Assembly: GCA_043228905.1 (NCBI GenBank)
Contig: JBHGNT010000005.1
Location: 21,576,001 to 21,640,000 of the forward strand
Length of the DNA stretch: 64,000 bases
Source of the DNA: Azolla caroliniana
Lineage: Eukaryota; Plantae; Polypodiophyta
Direction: 5' to 3'
Part shown: positions 12,829 to 26,100 of the stretch, in pieces
Numbering within the stretch: position 1 is the first letter of the stretch
How the letters are laid out: every line of letters begins with the position of its first letter
Program-made: the position numbers and the translations under genes
Notes under the pieces: generated by a model
Databases searched by the model: none
Seen by the model: only the letters and a program-made list of their open reading frames with translations
What the model was told of the DNA's origin: nothing

Positions 12829-15800
12829 GTCCAGCCAAAATAAGAGCCGTTTGGTTGGACAACAGCCCTAGATCTGTACAGCCCATTAGTGGTTCCATTC
12901 CTTCCAAGCAAGTTAGCAATGTGTTCCTAGCCCAAGTCATTGTTAGTACTAAAAGTACTCCCCCAGTACCCGTCCTAGCACTTTTAGATTCCGGAGCTAA
13001 TTCCTGTTTCATGGATCGAAATTTTGCCCAAGCTTCTCAGATATCCTTAAGAAAACTTCCTTGTCCCACATCTATAGTGGTCATTGATGGTCGTCCCATT
13101 GCTTCCGGGAATATTGTAGAAGAATCAGAACCCATTCAAGTTGTCCTAGGTAGTTTTGTGTGTGTAATATCATTTAATATAATTAGTAGTCCAAAGCATC
13201 CCATTGTCCTAGGATTACCTTGGTTTGAATTACATAATCTAGCCATAGATTGGAGAACAAGAGAAGTCTGATATCGACCACCCCAAGAATCAACTCACCA
13301 AGTTTCGACCATTTCACTCCATCAACTACGCGAAGAAGGACCCAAGGAGGCAATGTTCCTATTTGCAATATCAGTACATCCTTCCAGCACTACTAAGAAG
13401 GACTCCTCAGTACAACTTCCAACAAAATATCATCCTTATGCCGATGTATTTGACAAGGTAACTCCTCATCACCGTCCCTATGACTGTCCCATCGATTTAC
13501 AACCAGGAACCGAGCCACCATGGGGACCAATTTACAACTTGTCACCCACCGAGTTAGAAGTCCTTCGAGCCTACATAGAGGAGAACTTGGCAAGCAGGTT
13601 CATCCGCCATCCGAAATCTCCGGCCGGTGCACCCATCTTCTTTGTCAAGCAGAAAGATGGCTCACTTCGTCTTGTCGTTGATTACCGCATATTGAATAAA
13701 CCTTGTGTGGATCCGACCGGGAGATGAGTGGAAGACCGCCTTTCGCACGTGGTATGGGCATTTTGAGTATATTGTTATGCCGTTTGGCCTAACCAATGCA
13801 CCCGCAGTCTTCCAACATATGGCAAATGATATATTCAGAGACCTCTTGGATATCTGTTTGATCATTTATCTGGATGATCTATTGATTTATTCGAAGACCC
13901 AAGAAGAGCACGATTCTCATGTACTATTAGTACTAAAGCGACTCCGCGAGAATGGTCTTTATGCCAAGCTAGAAAAATGTAGCTTTGACTGCAAGCAAGT
14001 GGAATTTCTAGGCTACGTCATCTCCTCAAAGGGCATCGCCATGGATCCAGCTAAAATCCAAACTGTACTAGAGTGGCAAATTCCACGGTCGGTACGAGAT
14101 GTACAATGTTTTCTAGGTTTTGCTAACTTCTACCGTAAGTTTATACAGGATTACTCGAAGATTATTTTACCTCTCACACAACTTACGAAGAAGGGCCAAG
14201 CATTTCTTTGGTCCATCGAAGCAGATATGGCTTTTCGGCATCTTAAGAAAGCCTTTACATCAGCACCGATTCTAGCTCATGTGGATACAAGCAAACCATT
14301 CATCATGGAGGCCGACGCATCAGATTTTGCCCTCGGTAGCATCCTTTCTCAACAAGGCGATAAAGAAGAGTTGCATCCGGTGGCTTTCCATTCGCGCAAA
14401 TTCGATGTCGCAGAAATCAACTACGAAATACATGACAAGGAGTTATTAGCCATCGTGGATTCATTTGTACAATGGCGGCATTTCTTAGAGGGCTCTCCAC
14501 ATTAGGTCATTGTCTTTAGCGATCATAAAAATCTTGCTTATTTTCAGAACGCTCGCGTACTAAATCGACGGCAAGCTCGGTGGGCGCAATTCCTCACGCG
14601 TTTCGACTTCAAAATCACATATCGACCGGGGAAGCAGCAAGGAAAAGTAGATGCACTATCACGGCGTTCATATATTGCACCTCGTCCTGGTGACGCAACA
14701 TTTGATAATCAAAAGCAAGTAATCTTGGGACCAACACGATTGCACACGACGCGGATTTTTCACACCCCGATGGATTCACGGATTACCGATGACATATGTG
14801 CAACCTTGAAGACGGATAGTTTTGCTCAAGACATCCTAGCGCACATTGATACTTCTCGGGCATCCTGTTCTCAGTCTCAACAACCAGGTATTGACTACCA
14901 ACAATTCGAATATCATGATGGTTTGTTATTCTTTAAAAAGCGCGTATATGTCCCCGATTGCTCCTGTCGCCTTCAAATCGTCCAACATTGTCACGACACT
15001 CATACGGCGGGACATTTCGGTAGTACTAAGACGTTGGAGCTAGTGCAACGATCTTTTTGGTGGCCCCACATGCGCCGTTTTGTCGACGACTACGTTCGGA
15101 CCTGTGATGCTTGCTGCCGAGCAAAGATGCCACGACACCATCCATATGGCTTGTTGGAACCCTTACCGATTCCAAGTAATCCGTGGCAGTCTATTTGTCT
15201 TGATTTTATCACAAATCTGCCGGTCTCGAAGGGGTTCGATGCTATCCTAACCGTCGTCGATCGATATACGAAGATGGCACATTTTGTGCCATGTACTAAA
15301 GCCATCACTAGCGAGGAAACCGCCGCTCTTGTTATGCGTGAGGTATTTCGGCATCATGGCCTCCCAGACAGTATTATCAGTGACCGAGGCCCGCAATTTG
15401 TCTCCAAATTTTGGCAGCATCTCTTCAAGATGCTCAAGGTCTCCTGCAACCTCTCCTCCGGCTACCATCCTCAGACCGACAGGCAGGCGGAACGAACAAA
15501 CCAAACGCTGGAGCAATATCTCCGGTGTTTCCTGAGTTATCAACAGGACGATTGGGCCGAGATTCTCCACTTTGCGGAGTTTGCGTATAATAATGTTATT
15601 CACTCCTCGACTCGGGTCTCCCCATTTTTCGCCTATACCGGTTTCCATCCTCGCTGGTCGGTGATCGACACTCCGGAGCTACCTACCAACCCTCGTGCCA
15701 AGGATCATTTGGAGAGGCTACGCAAGATCTAGATGGATCTCTCTACTCACCTTCGTCATGCTTAACACACACAGAAGACTTATGCGGATCGTCATCGGAT

Positions 15801-18800
15801 TCCCTCCTCTTTTGCCATCCGAGATCGAGTATGGCTCTTACGTCGTCACATCAAGACTACTCGACCATGCGACAAGTTGGATTATCGACGACTCGGTCCC
15901 TTCCGTATTACGGGTAAGATTAATGATGTCACCTTCCGCCTTGATCTCCCTCCGCAGCTTCAGATACATCCGGTTTTCCATTGTTCTCTTCTTGAACCTT
16001 ATAAAGCCAACACCATTCCCGATCGTGTGACACCACCGCCACCCCCGCTCGAGTTGGACGCCGGCCCGGAGTATGAAGTTGCTGCCATCCTCGATTCCAA
16101 ACTTGTTCGCAACAAACTTTATTACTTGGTCGATTGGCTCGGTTATAGTCCGAGCGAACGTACTTGGGAACCCGTCGAGCATGTTGCCAATGCTCAGGAT
16201 CTTCTTGTTGATCTCCACCGAAAGTATCCGGACAAACCCGGTCCGCAATCAGCGCCGACTCGTTCCACTCGTCGTCTTTAAGGGGAAGATAGTGTCATGA
16301 TATGGCAAGTCTTGAACCCATGACCTTATGCTACATGGGTCGAGCTCTTACCATTAGACTATGAATTGTAATACGTAGGATATTATTTTCATTTATGCTT
16401 TATCATAGAAAATTGATGTATATTCCAGATCTCTCTGGAACATTCTAGAAGCTTCAGGATTATTCCTGAGAACACTATAAAAGAGGGCACTAGGCATTAT
16501 GTTGAACCAAATTGGTTCAACACCAGTCTTAAGCCTCGTAGCCGATTTGTACTTATGTTTCATATAATATAAGACCTGCTGTCATCATCTTATCTCTCTC
16601 TCTCCTCCTCTCACTTCCTCTCTCTCAGGAATATTACGCAGTCCCGTCCTCTTAGTACTAATAGTACTACTCTTCTTAGTACTAATTCCATCTCTGTTTT
16701 AGTACTATTCCTGACACAAAATAAATGGATCGCAAGGAGAATCAACATGTGTGACACCTAGTGGCGCATGTAAACTAACACTACTCAACAAGAAGAACAA
16801 GCGTCGGATACAACACTTCGAGAAGATGCTGAAAGAAGAAAGCATAATCGAAGAAGAAGAATTTGTGTCTCATATTCTAGAGGAAGCCTCATTTAACGAC
16901 ACCATCGGCGAAATTGAGGAAGTCGTGGACTTGAGCTACCCTCATGATCAAAATGTGATTTTAGTTAACTCCGTCAACATGTACCTATCATCGATGAATA
17001 TCATCGAGGCATCTTGATGGAGGAAGCTGAAGTCAACACAAAATATAAAACGGTGGATAAGAAGATCAAGCCAATTGCGGTTCCGCTAACGGAAGATAGC
17101 TGGCAGAAGATGAAAGAAGTTGCTAATGATCCGAGCTTAAGGGATCCCAAGGCAATAGGTCATGTCTTCACTAAGGAGACAATAGGGAAGCTACGAGTTG
17201 GGAAGGAGGATTTCCTTCTCCCTGAAGAGGAGAGAATGTTCCGCGGAATGCTTGAGAAACATGGGAAAGCCTTTGCCATCTCTCCACAAGAGATCGGATG
17301 TGCCGACCCAAAGATGATAGAGCCGATGGGGATTTTTACGGTGCCACATGTACCTTGGAACCTCAAGCTGATACTGGTTCCAAGAGCTCACATTGCAAAG
17401 TTGATTGAGCTTCTAAAGGAAAAAGTTAGGATGGGAATACTTGAGCCGTCCAATGCTCCCTACTCCAATAGATGCTTTAAGGTGCCGAAGAAGAACAGGT
17501 CCTTACTCTTTATTCAAGATCTCCAACCCGTCAACAAGGTGACGATCCGAAATGCCGGAATTGGTCCAAGTGTGGATGAATTTGCCGAAGCCTTCGCGGG
17601 AAGATCGATCTATTCCATTGGTGATCTCTACTCGGGCTATGATCAATTTCAATTGGTCGTCGATAGTAGAGACATAACGACAATGAGGACGCCAACCGGG
17701 TTGGTAAGGATTTGCACCTTACCCCAAGGTGCAACAAATTCCATAGCCCACATGGTGAATGCCATGAATAAAGTGTTGAGGGATTGCATCCCCGATATCA
17801 CAATGCCCTTCTTAGATGATATTCCAATCAAAGGATGCTTGGTGGAAGAAAAAGATGAATCAAAAGATGAAGATGGTTGCCGAAGATTCGTCATCGATCA
17901 TATAAAGGATAGTGAGAAGGTGTTGCAAAAGCTTGAGGATGCAAATCTCACATTTTCGGGAGAGAAGTTTGCATTCGGTCAACCAGAAATATTGGTAGTA
18001 GGACACTTATGTGGGTCTTATGGCCAGAAACCATCTCCATCCAAGATGAACGCTATTCAAGAGATGAAAGAAGAATGTGTGTCTCAAACAGAGGTGTGAA
18101 GATTCTTGGGAGCATGTGCATTCTATCACATATGGATTCCACATTATGCTCATGTAGCTGAACCATTGTATGGATTACTAAAGAAAAGGAAGAAGTTCGA
18201 ATGGGAAGATGAGCATACCTACGCGGTTCAAAAGCTAAAGAAACTATTATTGGAAGCTCCGGCACTGCGAAAAGCCGACTACACCGATGGTACCCCGATA
18301 TATGTGACGGTGGATACCAGCCCAACCAGAATTGGATGGGTGATAAACCAAGAAGACAAAGAAAAGAATCGGTATGCAATCCGATTCAGTGCAATGGTGT
18401 TAATCGAAAGACAAAGGAAGTATGCCCAAGTAAAGAGAGAGCTATGGGGAATAGTATCCGTGGTTAAAACCGATCGTGACTACCTTATTGGAACAAAGGT
18501 CATAATTGAGATTGATTGTCTGCCTATTCTTGGAATGATATCTGGTTGTGCTACACCAGATATTGCTATGCTGCGATGGATTGCCTATATCAAGTCCCTC
18601 AACCCCGAGATTCGACATATAAATGGGAAGCATAATGTGGTGGCCGATATGTTATCAAGGGCAAGGTATGAGGGTGAAGAAGGTTTGCACTCCGACGAAG
18701 AAGATGTTGGCCTAAACTTCTTTACGGTTTCTTGTGCTCGGGTGCTTGCTGTGTTTAAAGTAGAAGATTATGAGGGTGAATTCGTCAAAACTGGCAAGTA

Positions 18801-19767
18801 CTTAAGCTCTCTTACAAAGGATGAATCATGGTCAAAGGAAGACTTCTACCGAATTAGGAAGAAGGCCTACAAGTTCTTCCTCAAAGAAGGACATCTATGG
18901 AAGTTTCCAAAGAAGAAGAATGGAACTCCACTTCGAGTGGTGTGCAAGAAACAAGATCAACAAACACTAATTGCTGAATTTCATGATAGTGTGTGGGCAG
19001 GTCATCGTGGTATATGGGCAACATTTGCAAAGCTCAAGGAGAAGTATTGGTGGCTGGGTGTTTACAAAGATGTAGCAAGCTATGTTGAAACATGTGAGCA
19101 ATGCCAATTATACTCGAATATTCAACATAGGGATGAACTTCATCCAACATATCCATTATCAATGCACTATAAGTGGTTGGTAGACATAGTGGTTATGCCA
19201 ATGGGATTGGGGAAAATGAAATATCTCGTGCTAGCAAGAGAGGATCTCACCAACCAAGTAGAAGGACGGGCCCTAAGGAATAAAACAACTTCGGCGGTTT
19301 GTAAGTTTCTCCTTGAAGATGTTATTTGTCGATACGGATGTGTCGGCAAAATAGTAGCCGATAGGAGAGAATTAGATGCGAATGAAGCTAAAGAGTTCTT
19401 TTCAAGAATAGGCGTCAAATTATCGCTCACCATGGCATACAACCCGGATGCAAATGGGAAGGTGGAACGAGGACATAGTCCAATTGTAAAAGCTCTAGCA
19501 AAGGCTTGCGACAACAAGATGGGAAATTGGCCACGATTACTACCTTATGCATTGTGGGCAGATAGAACTACACGTAGCACGACTACGGGATATATGACCG
19601 CCGAACTCATATTAGGACCAAAACCAATAGTGCCTATTGAGAAAAGTGTTGCTTCGTGGACATCTTTGCCATGTCAAGAGGAAATGAGTCGGGAAGACTT
19701 GCTAGCCACGAGAATTCAACAATTAGAACGAAGGCCTGAAGATGTCGAGTTGGCAATAGAACGGTTG

Positions 19768-20746
19768 CGTTGTCGCTCTTTCAAGCACAAAGGCGGAATA
19801 CAGGGGCGTGGCAGTGGCCGCATGTGAAGCCGTATGGCTCAAGAGGATTTTGAAGGATCTAGGTGTACCCATCAAGGATCTGACTCCCCTTTATTGCGAC
19901 AACATGAGCAGTATCTATTTGGCTCGGAACCCGGTGTTCCACGTGCGGACAAAGCACATCAAAGTGCACTATCACTTCATCCGAGAGCGCGTTCTAACTG
20001 GCGATGTCGACCTACAACACATTAGCACCAATCTTCAAACGGCCGACATCTTCACTAACGCATTAGGAGCCAACAAGTTGTGGCAATTCATGACCGATCT
20101 CGGATTGACGATCCCTAACCTGCCAAGCTTGAGGGGGAGTACTAAAGACACTACGCAATAACGCGTGGATTCCGGAACCACGCAACGAAGCCGTGAAGAA
20201 AGATGCAAGCCGAAGCATAGACTTTGCAACTACGCACAATGCAAGTTGGAGCACAGACTCCGCAACTCCGCATAAAGCGAGTCGACGTGGACTCCAAAAC
20301 ACGAGTCGAAGCGGATTTCGGATACCGTCTGAAACCAACCCGACTTGAGCTTGAGGGGGCATGTTGAGAATCAAGCTCAACTTGGTCTAGTGTGTGAACT
20401 CACCTTGAGAGTGAATAGACACTCCAACGGTCAAGAGTCACCATTAAGTCACCACTTTGTATTCTAGCATTAAGTATGAGTCATAGAATCATATTCTATG
20501 ACACATAACTTATGAGCTTTCACATTCCCCATGCTACATAAGTCTTGTAGTTAATGAAGAGAGAGGGTGACTATATAAAGCACCCTCCTCCCACCTTGTA
20601 TTGTATTGAGTCTTTCTCCTTTGTTAATATACTTTTACCTTGCATATTCTCTGTGTATTACTCCTTGTCTCTCTCACACACTCTCTCATACACACACAGT
20701 TCCCACCTTTTCCGCGTCACAAGAATCCATCTCTTGATTCTTTACA
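19768..20746 (+). mobile_element. Truncated Copia E (RNase H end, PPT, 3' LTR) inside B, fused to the B integrase
   Basis: VALSSTKAEYRG..AACEAVWLKRIL..CDN..RTKHIKVHYHFIRE; PPT TTGAGGGGGC ~20351-20360; LTR ~20362-20746 (TGTTG...TTTACA). Confidence 0.8.
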
Positions 20747-23144
20747 GGCCCGTATATGGTCAAGAAAATAAAAAGCAATGCAACCTATTTTTTAGCGGAG
20801 TTAGATGGAACTCGACTTGCTTTACCGATAGCAGGGAAGAGGATCAAGATCTATAAGAGAAGAGAAGCCCCAAATCTTGAGATGGAAGCTCTACATGATG
20901 TATCCTCGAACATCGAGGTTGAAGCAGAATAATTAAAAAAGAGGAACCTCACCACAATTGGCACATACCGATGTATGTGCAGGTTTGTTGGGGGTGAATG
21001 TCGTGTGGTTTTTCACACACGATATGAAAACTAGTAAAATAATTATTTACGATTAGCTTAATATATTGATATGGAAAGATAGATGTGTTCAATAGCTTCA
21101 TAGCGTATTTTACTACGCATCAAACGGATAAACAAGTATCAAGTTATATGAGTGTGAAGTTTGAAGAAAAGAAAAGAAAAGACAAAACTGTGAGATATCC
21201 CACATAGATAGAACATTAGAGCCCAGAATATATAAGGGAAACCAACACAAAGTCATTCTATCAATGTGTGGAGCACAGAATCTTCAAGGTGACTTGGGCT
21301 ACACTGTGTGGTGTGCACGCTTCGGGCATACGCATGTATGCACGACTGTGTTAACGCGCGCCTACACTACGGCGCAGTTGGGATGCGCGCATGCGTGGAT
21401 GCGTACACTATGACGTGGTCGAGACTTTTGCGCGCGGATGCGTACACAGTGCGGGTTGGACGCGCGCGCGCGTGGATGTGTACACTACGCGGACGGGACT
21501 TTTGTGCGCGGACGCGTCTACAATTTGGTTGCGACGCACGTACGGATTGCGTACGGGCTAAACTTTATGGATGATTGTGTCATTTGGCCGAATTATACGG
21601 ACAATCACATGCAACCAAAAGCCAAGGCCATGCAACTAAAAGTAAAAGGTATGCATCTAAAAATGGAAGCATGCAATTAAAAGCAGAGGCCATGCAACTA
21701 AAAATAGAGGTCATCCAACTAAAAGTGGGCATACAAAGTAACCTTGGGGAGGGGGATCAACAGAGAGCTCGATATATGTCCCATTTTTTTCCCTCCAGTT
21801 TTTTTTCTTCCCTCTCGGTTTCGAGAAACAAACTATCTCACATATTGATATCAAACTCCTAGCTTTGTTTACTCGATCTTTCTTGTCAAAAGAAAATTAT
21901 CTCTCGTATTCATATCGGACCACTCCTTGCATGGTTATTGGCTCCTTTCTTTAAAAAATTAATCTCTCATTTCCATACCCAACCCATTGTAACACAATTC
22001 TGAAATTATAAAGAATCGATTTTCTTTTGCAATAAACTAATGATTTGTCTCTCCCACTTGTCTTATGCTTAAAACTTGCTTGTGTTGTACGTGTTGCACT
22101 AAATCCTTCTAGTCCAGAACCCCGACGGTTCCGTCTCACGATCCGCACATAGTGACGGATTTTCACGACACCGTGTTGCATGCTCGGACGAAGCACATAG
22201 AAGTGCACTATCACTTTGTGCGTAAGCAGGTTCTCAGCGATGAAGTTGAGCTTCGATATGTTCATACGGATCGGCAAGTTGCCGACATCTTCACGAAGCC
22301 GCTCAGATTGGACAAATTATAGCAGTTTTCCGAAATGCCGGTCTATAGCATCTCAACGTGCCGCACTTGAGGGGGAGAATGGAAACAGGTAATGGCACCG
22401 GACAAGGAGCCGGAGAGGTAAGAAGAGCTCAAACAGGGGGAGATGAGTAGCAAAAGGAAGCCGAGTCGACCGAAAGAGTCGGCACATCCAAACAAGTCGA
22501 AGTAACGGTAGCGGTGGCAGAGTCAAGAAGGAAAGAGCCGATCGGAAGAAGAAGGCCAAGACTAGGACATGGTCTGATGTTGCGAACAGCCTAAAAATGG
22601 AAGACGATTTGGAGACTACCAACTCGGAGAAGAGTTGGAACGAATCAGAGGAAGCCAATTCGGTTCAAGATTCGGAGGAGCCGGATCAACTAAAGGCCAA
22701 GCGGACGAGAGGGCAGCGGAAGTCGACACCGACATAAAGGATTTGATGGATTGACGAGCACCGGAGTCATAACAGCGAAGGAGCTTAGATGGGCCTACTA
22801 AGCTGACAAGCTGGCCAAGGAGGTCGAGGTGCGCAATACCGGACGGGTCGCGGGAAGCGGAACCGGACCGGACGAGGAGCGTGAGCAAGGGGGAAGGACG
22901 TCAGAAGGAGCCGGAGGAAAGGAGTGGTTACTGTAGACACTGACATCACGATCCGACCTCAAGTTGAGCTTGAGGGGGAGTGTGAGCGAGCAGGGTCAAC
23001 CGGATCCGGATCGATATTCGGAACAAAGAGCCGGATCGGTAACCGGAACCAGGAGCCGGATCAAAGAGATGGATCGGGGAACCGGTTTCAAATGTGAACC
23101 GGAAGGCTAGTAGTAGCCTATACTCCTAGACTACTAGGTAGTCA

Positions 23145-26100
23145 TGTTAACTCTTAGGGCCGGACAATGGCCTAACACAGGGTGTCTACGGAAGACACTT
23201 CACCAAAGGGGTGTTACGGTAAGAGGATTAGGATCAACGATTAATCCGACTTAATTAGGTTACTTAGCAAGATCGTCCTTAATAATCACACGCGTAAGAT
23301 ATAACAATGAATGCAGAACGGCAATTAACACAGAGATATAAAAAACACTAATCTTTATTAATTATCCGCTGCTCATTACATTGTATCCGGGCCTTTAAAT
23401 AGGTTTCCGGTCTATAGTACAAAACGGTGCCATCCGCACCTGTTCGGGATCGGTCCGGATCCGGAATGGCATACCGATTCTGGTCCGTCCGTCCACACTA
23501 ATAGCTTACTTACAACCATTCCTAATAATTAAATAACTCCTTCGTTTCACACTCTGGACTCCTTTGTCGGCCGGTAACACATGGCACACCCGTGGGACAG
23601 TACCTTGTACGTCGAATCCACCATCCAACCCTTGCTATTCTTCATCCAAAATATCCAGAATGCTTTGTTCGAGAGTTTCCAATGGTTCATCTGGAATTGG
23701 TTGTTGTTGTTGGGGTTGCTGCTGCTACTGTTGTTGCTCCGTTGATGGCTACTGCGACTGGTCCTTTGGTGGTTGTTGCGGCTGCTCCTCCATTTGTTGC
23801 TCTAACACCGGCATTTCCATCATTGCTCCCTCCGTCGTAGTGGTCTCCAGTTGACTGGTTCCGGCCTGGCCCTTGGCCAGTGACGGTTCCTCATCACTAA
23901 GGTTAACCGTTGCCGCTTCCCGTGCTTTTTCTTCCCGAACCCGGGACCACTCGTAGCTTTCAAACTGGATTTGAGCGTCCAGCGTATCATCGTCTAGCTG
24001 AGCTACGAGTTGCCGAACTTGCACCAGTTGTTCATCCGCCAGGACTTGGAAGTCTTCGGCCAGCTCGTCTCGTATGGCAGTGAAGTCCTCGGAATTCAAC
24101 GTGTAACAATCATCTCCTTCCTTCCGTTGGTTTTCCACGTCTGCCCATAGCAATTGGAGTTCCGCCGTATTTTGTGCCCACTTTGTCCACCATCTTACAG
24201 AGCTTTCGTCAATCAAGCATTTTATCTGATTCAGCCATGCCCAGAGGATGCACTGAATCCGGCCCGTTCCCATCTGCGATTTGATCTCCGCAGCTTGCCG
24301 TTCCTCCTTCAATTGCTTGATGATTTTGACATTGTCTTCCGCCTGCTCCTTGTAATGCGTCAATTGCCTTTGATATGTGCTTTGTAATTTTTGCAATACC
24401 GTTGACGCTCTCTCCTTTTCTTCTTGCTGCTGCCTCTGGAGCTCCATCCGGACCTTCTCCGCCTCGTCCAATCGTCTTGTATTTTCCGCTCGGAGTCACC
24501 GGTGATTGGATCTGTGTTGTCGTTAAGGCCATTTTGGCCATTTCTGTCGTGACCTGATCCAAGTCTTTTTCAAGGCACCGGATTCTGGATCGGGCCGTCT
24601 CTAGTTGTTCGGTTGTGACGAGCAACCGTTCGCTTTGCGCTCTTTCTTCCGCCTCAATATACCCCACTGCTCTGGCAATCTGTTCACCTATCCACCGGAG
24701 CCACAGGCTACCGGTGCATTGTTGTTGCGCTTGCACAGCGGTTTGACGGATGGGCTCGCTTGTGGATGGGTGGTCCCGCCTGATTGCACGAGTTGCAATT
24801 CTGTTTCTGCCCGTGGACCATCTTGCTATCCTGGTTCCCCTTGCGTTTCTTCTTGGTTGGCCGAGGGAGACTGCATTGACCTTTCCGGCTCTGGCGGAAT
24901 GGGACTTGTGGGTGCTGCCGGTGGTGCAAGGGCTTATGATTCTGATGCCATGCGCACCGGTTCTGGTCCCTCCCTTGGCGTGGGAGTCTCAGTCTGGGGA
25001 GCCGGTGTTTCCTCCGTCTAAGGGTCCGAACATTTCCCGGCTGCCTCAACAGTCCTTGTCGACGACCGTCACTGGAGGTGCTCCGTAGGCTCCTCCTCTA
25101 TTTCCTCTTCCTGAGTCCCGGTATTGAGTTTTGCCACCAAGTGGTCCGCTTCTCTGTTCACCGGTCGGCGGAGTGTAACCTTTACAGGCCGTACCGGTGG
25201 TTCCTCCTACGCATCCATTGGCCGCTTCCGGCTGGCGCTCTCCTTTCCCGCCTGTTCTGCGTCCGCCGCCTTCCCCTTATTGGCCTTAGAGGCCAACAGC
25301 TATTGTCTTTTGGAAGCAGTCTTTGGGGTGCCATCCGCCACTCTTCCCCGCTTCTTGGGCTCGACGGGCTCGACGGGTGGCACAAGCAAGGTGAGCCACT
25401 GCATTACTGCGTGTCATATCCTCCGTCCTTCTCGGCCTTCTTTGCCGTCTTTTCCTCTAACGATCTCGATCGCCGCACACAAACCGTCTGCGATCAATAC
25501 CGGCCAATCCACTTTGATCCCTTCATTGGTGGCGATGATCATCCCTGCCCGGTTCTGCGGCATGACAGGGAGTCTAGGGTACACATGGCCGTATTCGTGG
25601 AGCACACGAGCAATCTCACGGAACAGCATATCTCCGCCGCCCTGTGTCCGGTAGCCCTTGCTGGCTAGGCAGTACTCACCAAAATACTTGATGAGTTGTT
25701 CCGAGGTCGGATTGTCAATCGTGAGTATGCCTCCCTCCGGAAGGCCTATTAACGCACGGATCGCCTCTGCCGTTATGACCTCTGTGTCGATTTCTTTGAT
25801 CACCTTGTCGGCTTCTTTGTGTGACGGTACCTCCATAATCATCAAGAAGCCCTCGAGCCAGTGTTGCTTTAGCCATTTCTTGGCGGCTTTCGACAGCGTT
25901 TGCGGGTCCATGTCTGTGTCGAGGTCGGATTGTGGTGGCGTGGTTGGATGGTGATGAGAGTGAGATTGAGAGAGAGAGAGTTCAGAAAGCGGGGGTTCTC
26001 TGTGCGTAGGTTCTCGTCTGATGATCTTCCAGCGCCTTGGTGCTTCTGTGCTCCTGGGTTCGCGAAAGTAGAGGGTCTCCACGCGTAGTGGTTTTTCTCT

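Larger units (their letters stand above)
10566..16716 (+). mobile_element. Chromovirus C (Tcn1/Tf1-like Ty3/Gypsy) nested in B
   Basis: LTRs 10566-11623 (interrupted) and 16293-16716; TSD CAAAA at 10561-10565 and 16717-16721; gag 11698-12828 (CLYCGGPGHIAINC); protease LLDSGAN; RT YLDD; RNase H; integrase; chromodomain (EYEVAAILD...YLVDWLGY...TWEP); PPT AAGGGGAAGATAG. Confidence 0.95.
6560..22170 (+). mobile_element. Ty3/Gypsy element B with both LTRs and a 4-bp TSD, degenerate
   Basis: LTRs 6560-8267 and 20999-22170 (TGTCGTG...CACGACA); TSD CCGT at 6556-6559 and 22171-22174; PBS-like TGGTGAACCCG after the 5' LTR; gag 8289-9674; protease LFDHGSEINLM (9696-10466); RT with LPQG and PFLDD (17014-18099); RNase H and integrase (18106-19770). 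Confidence 0.92.
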
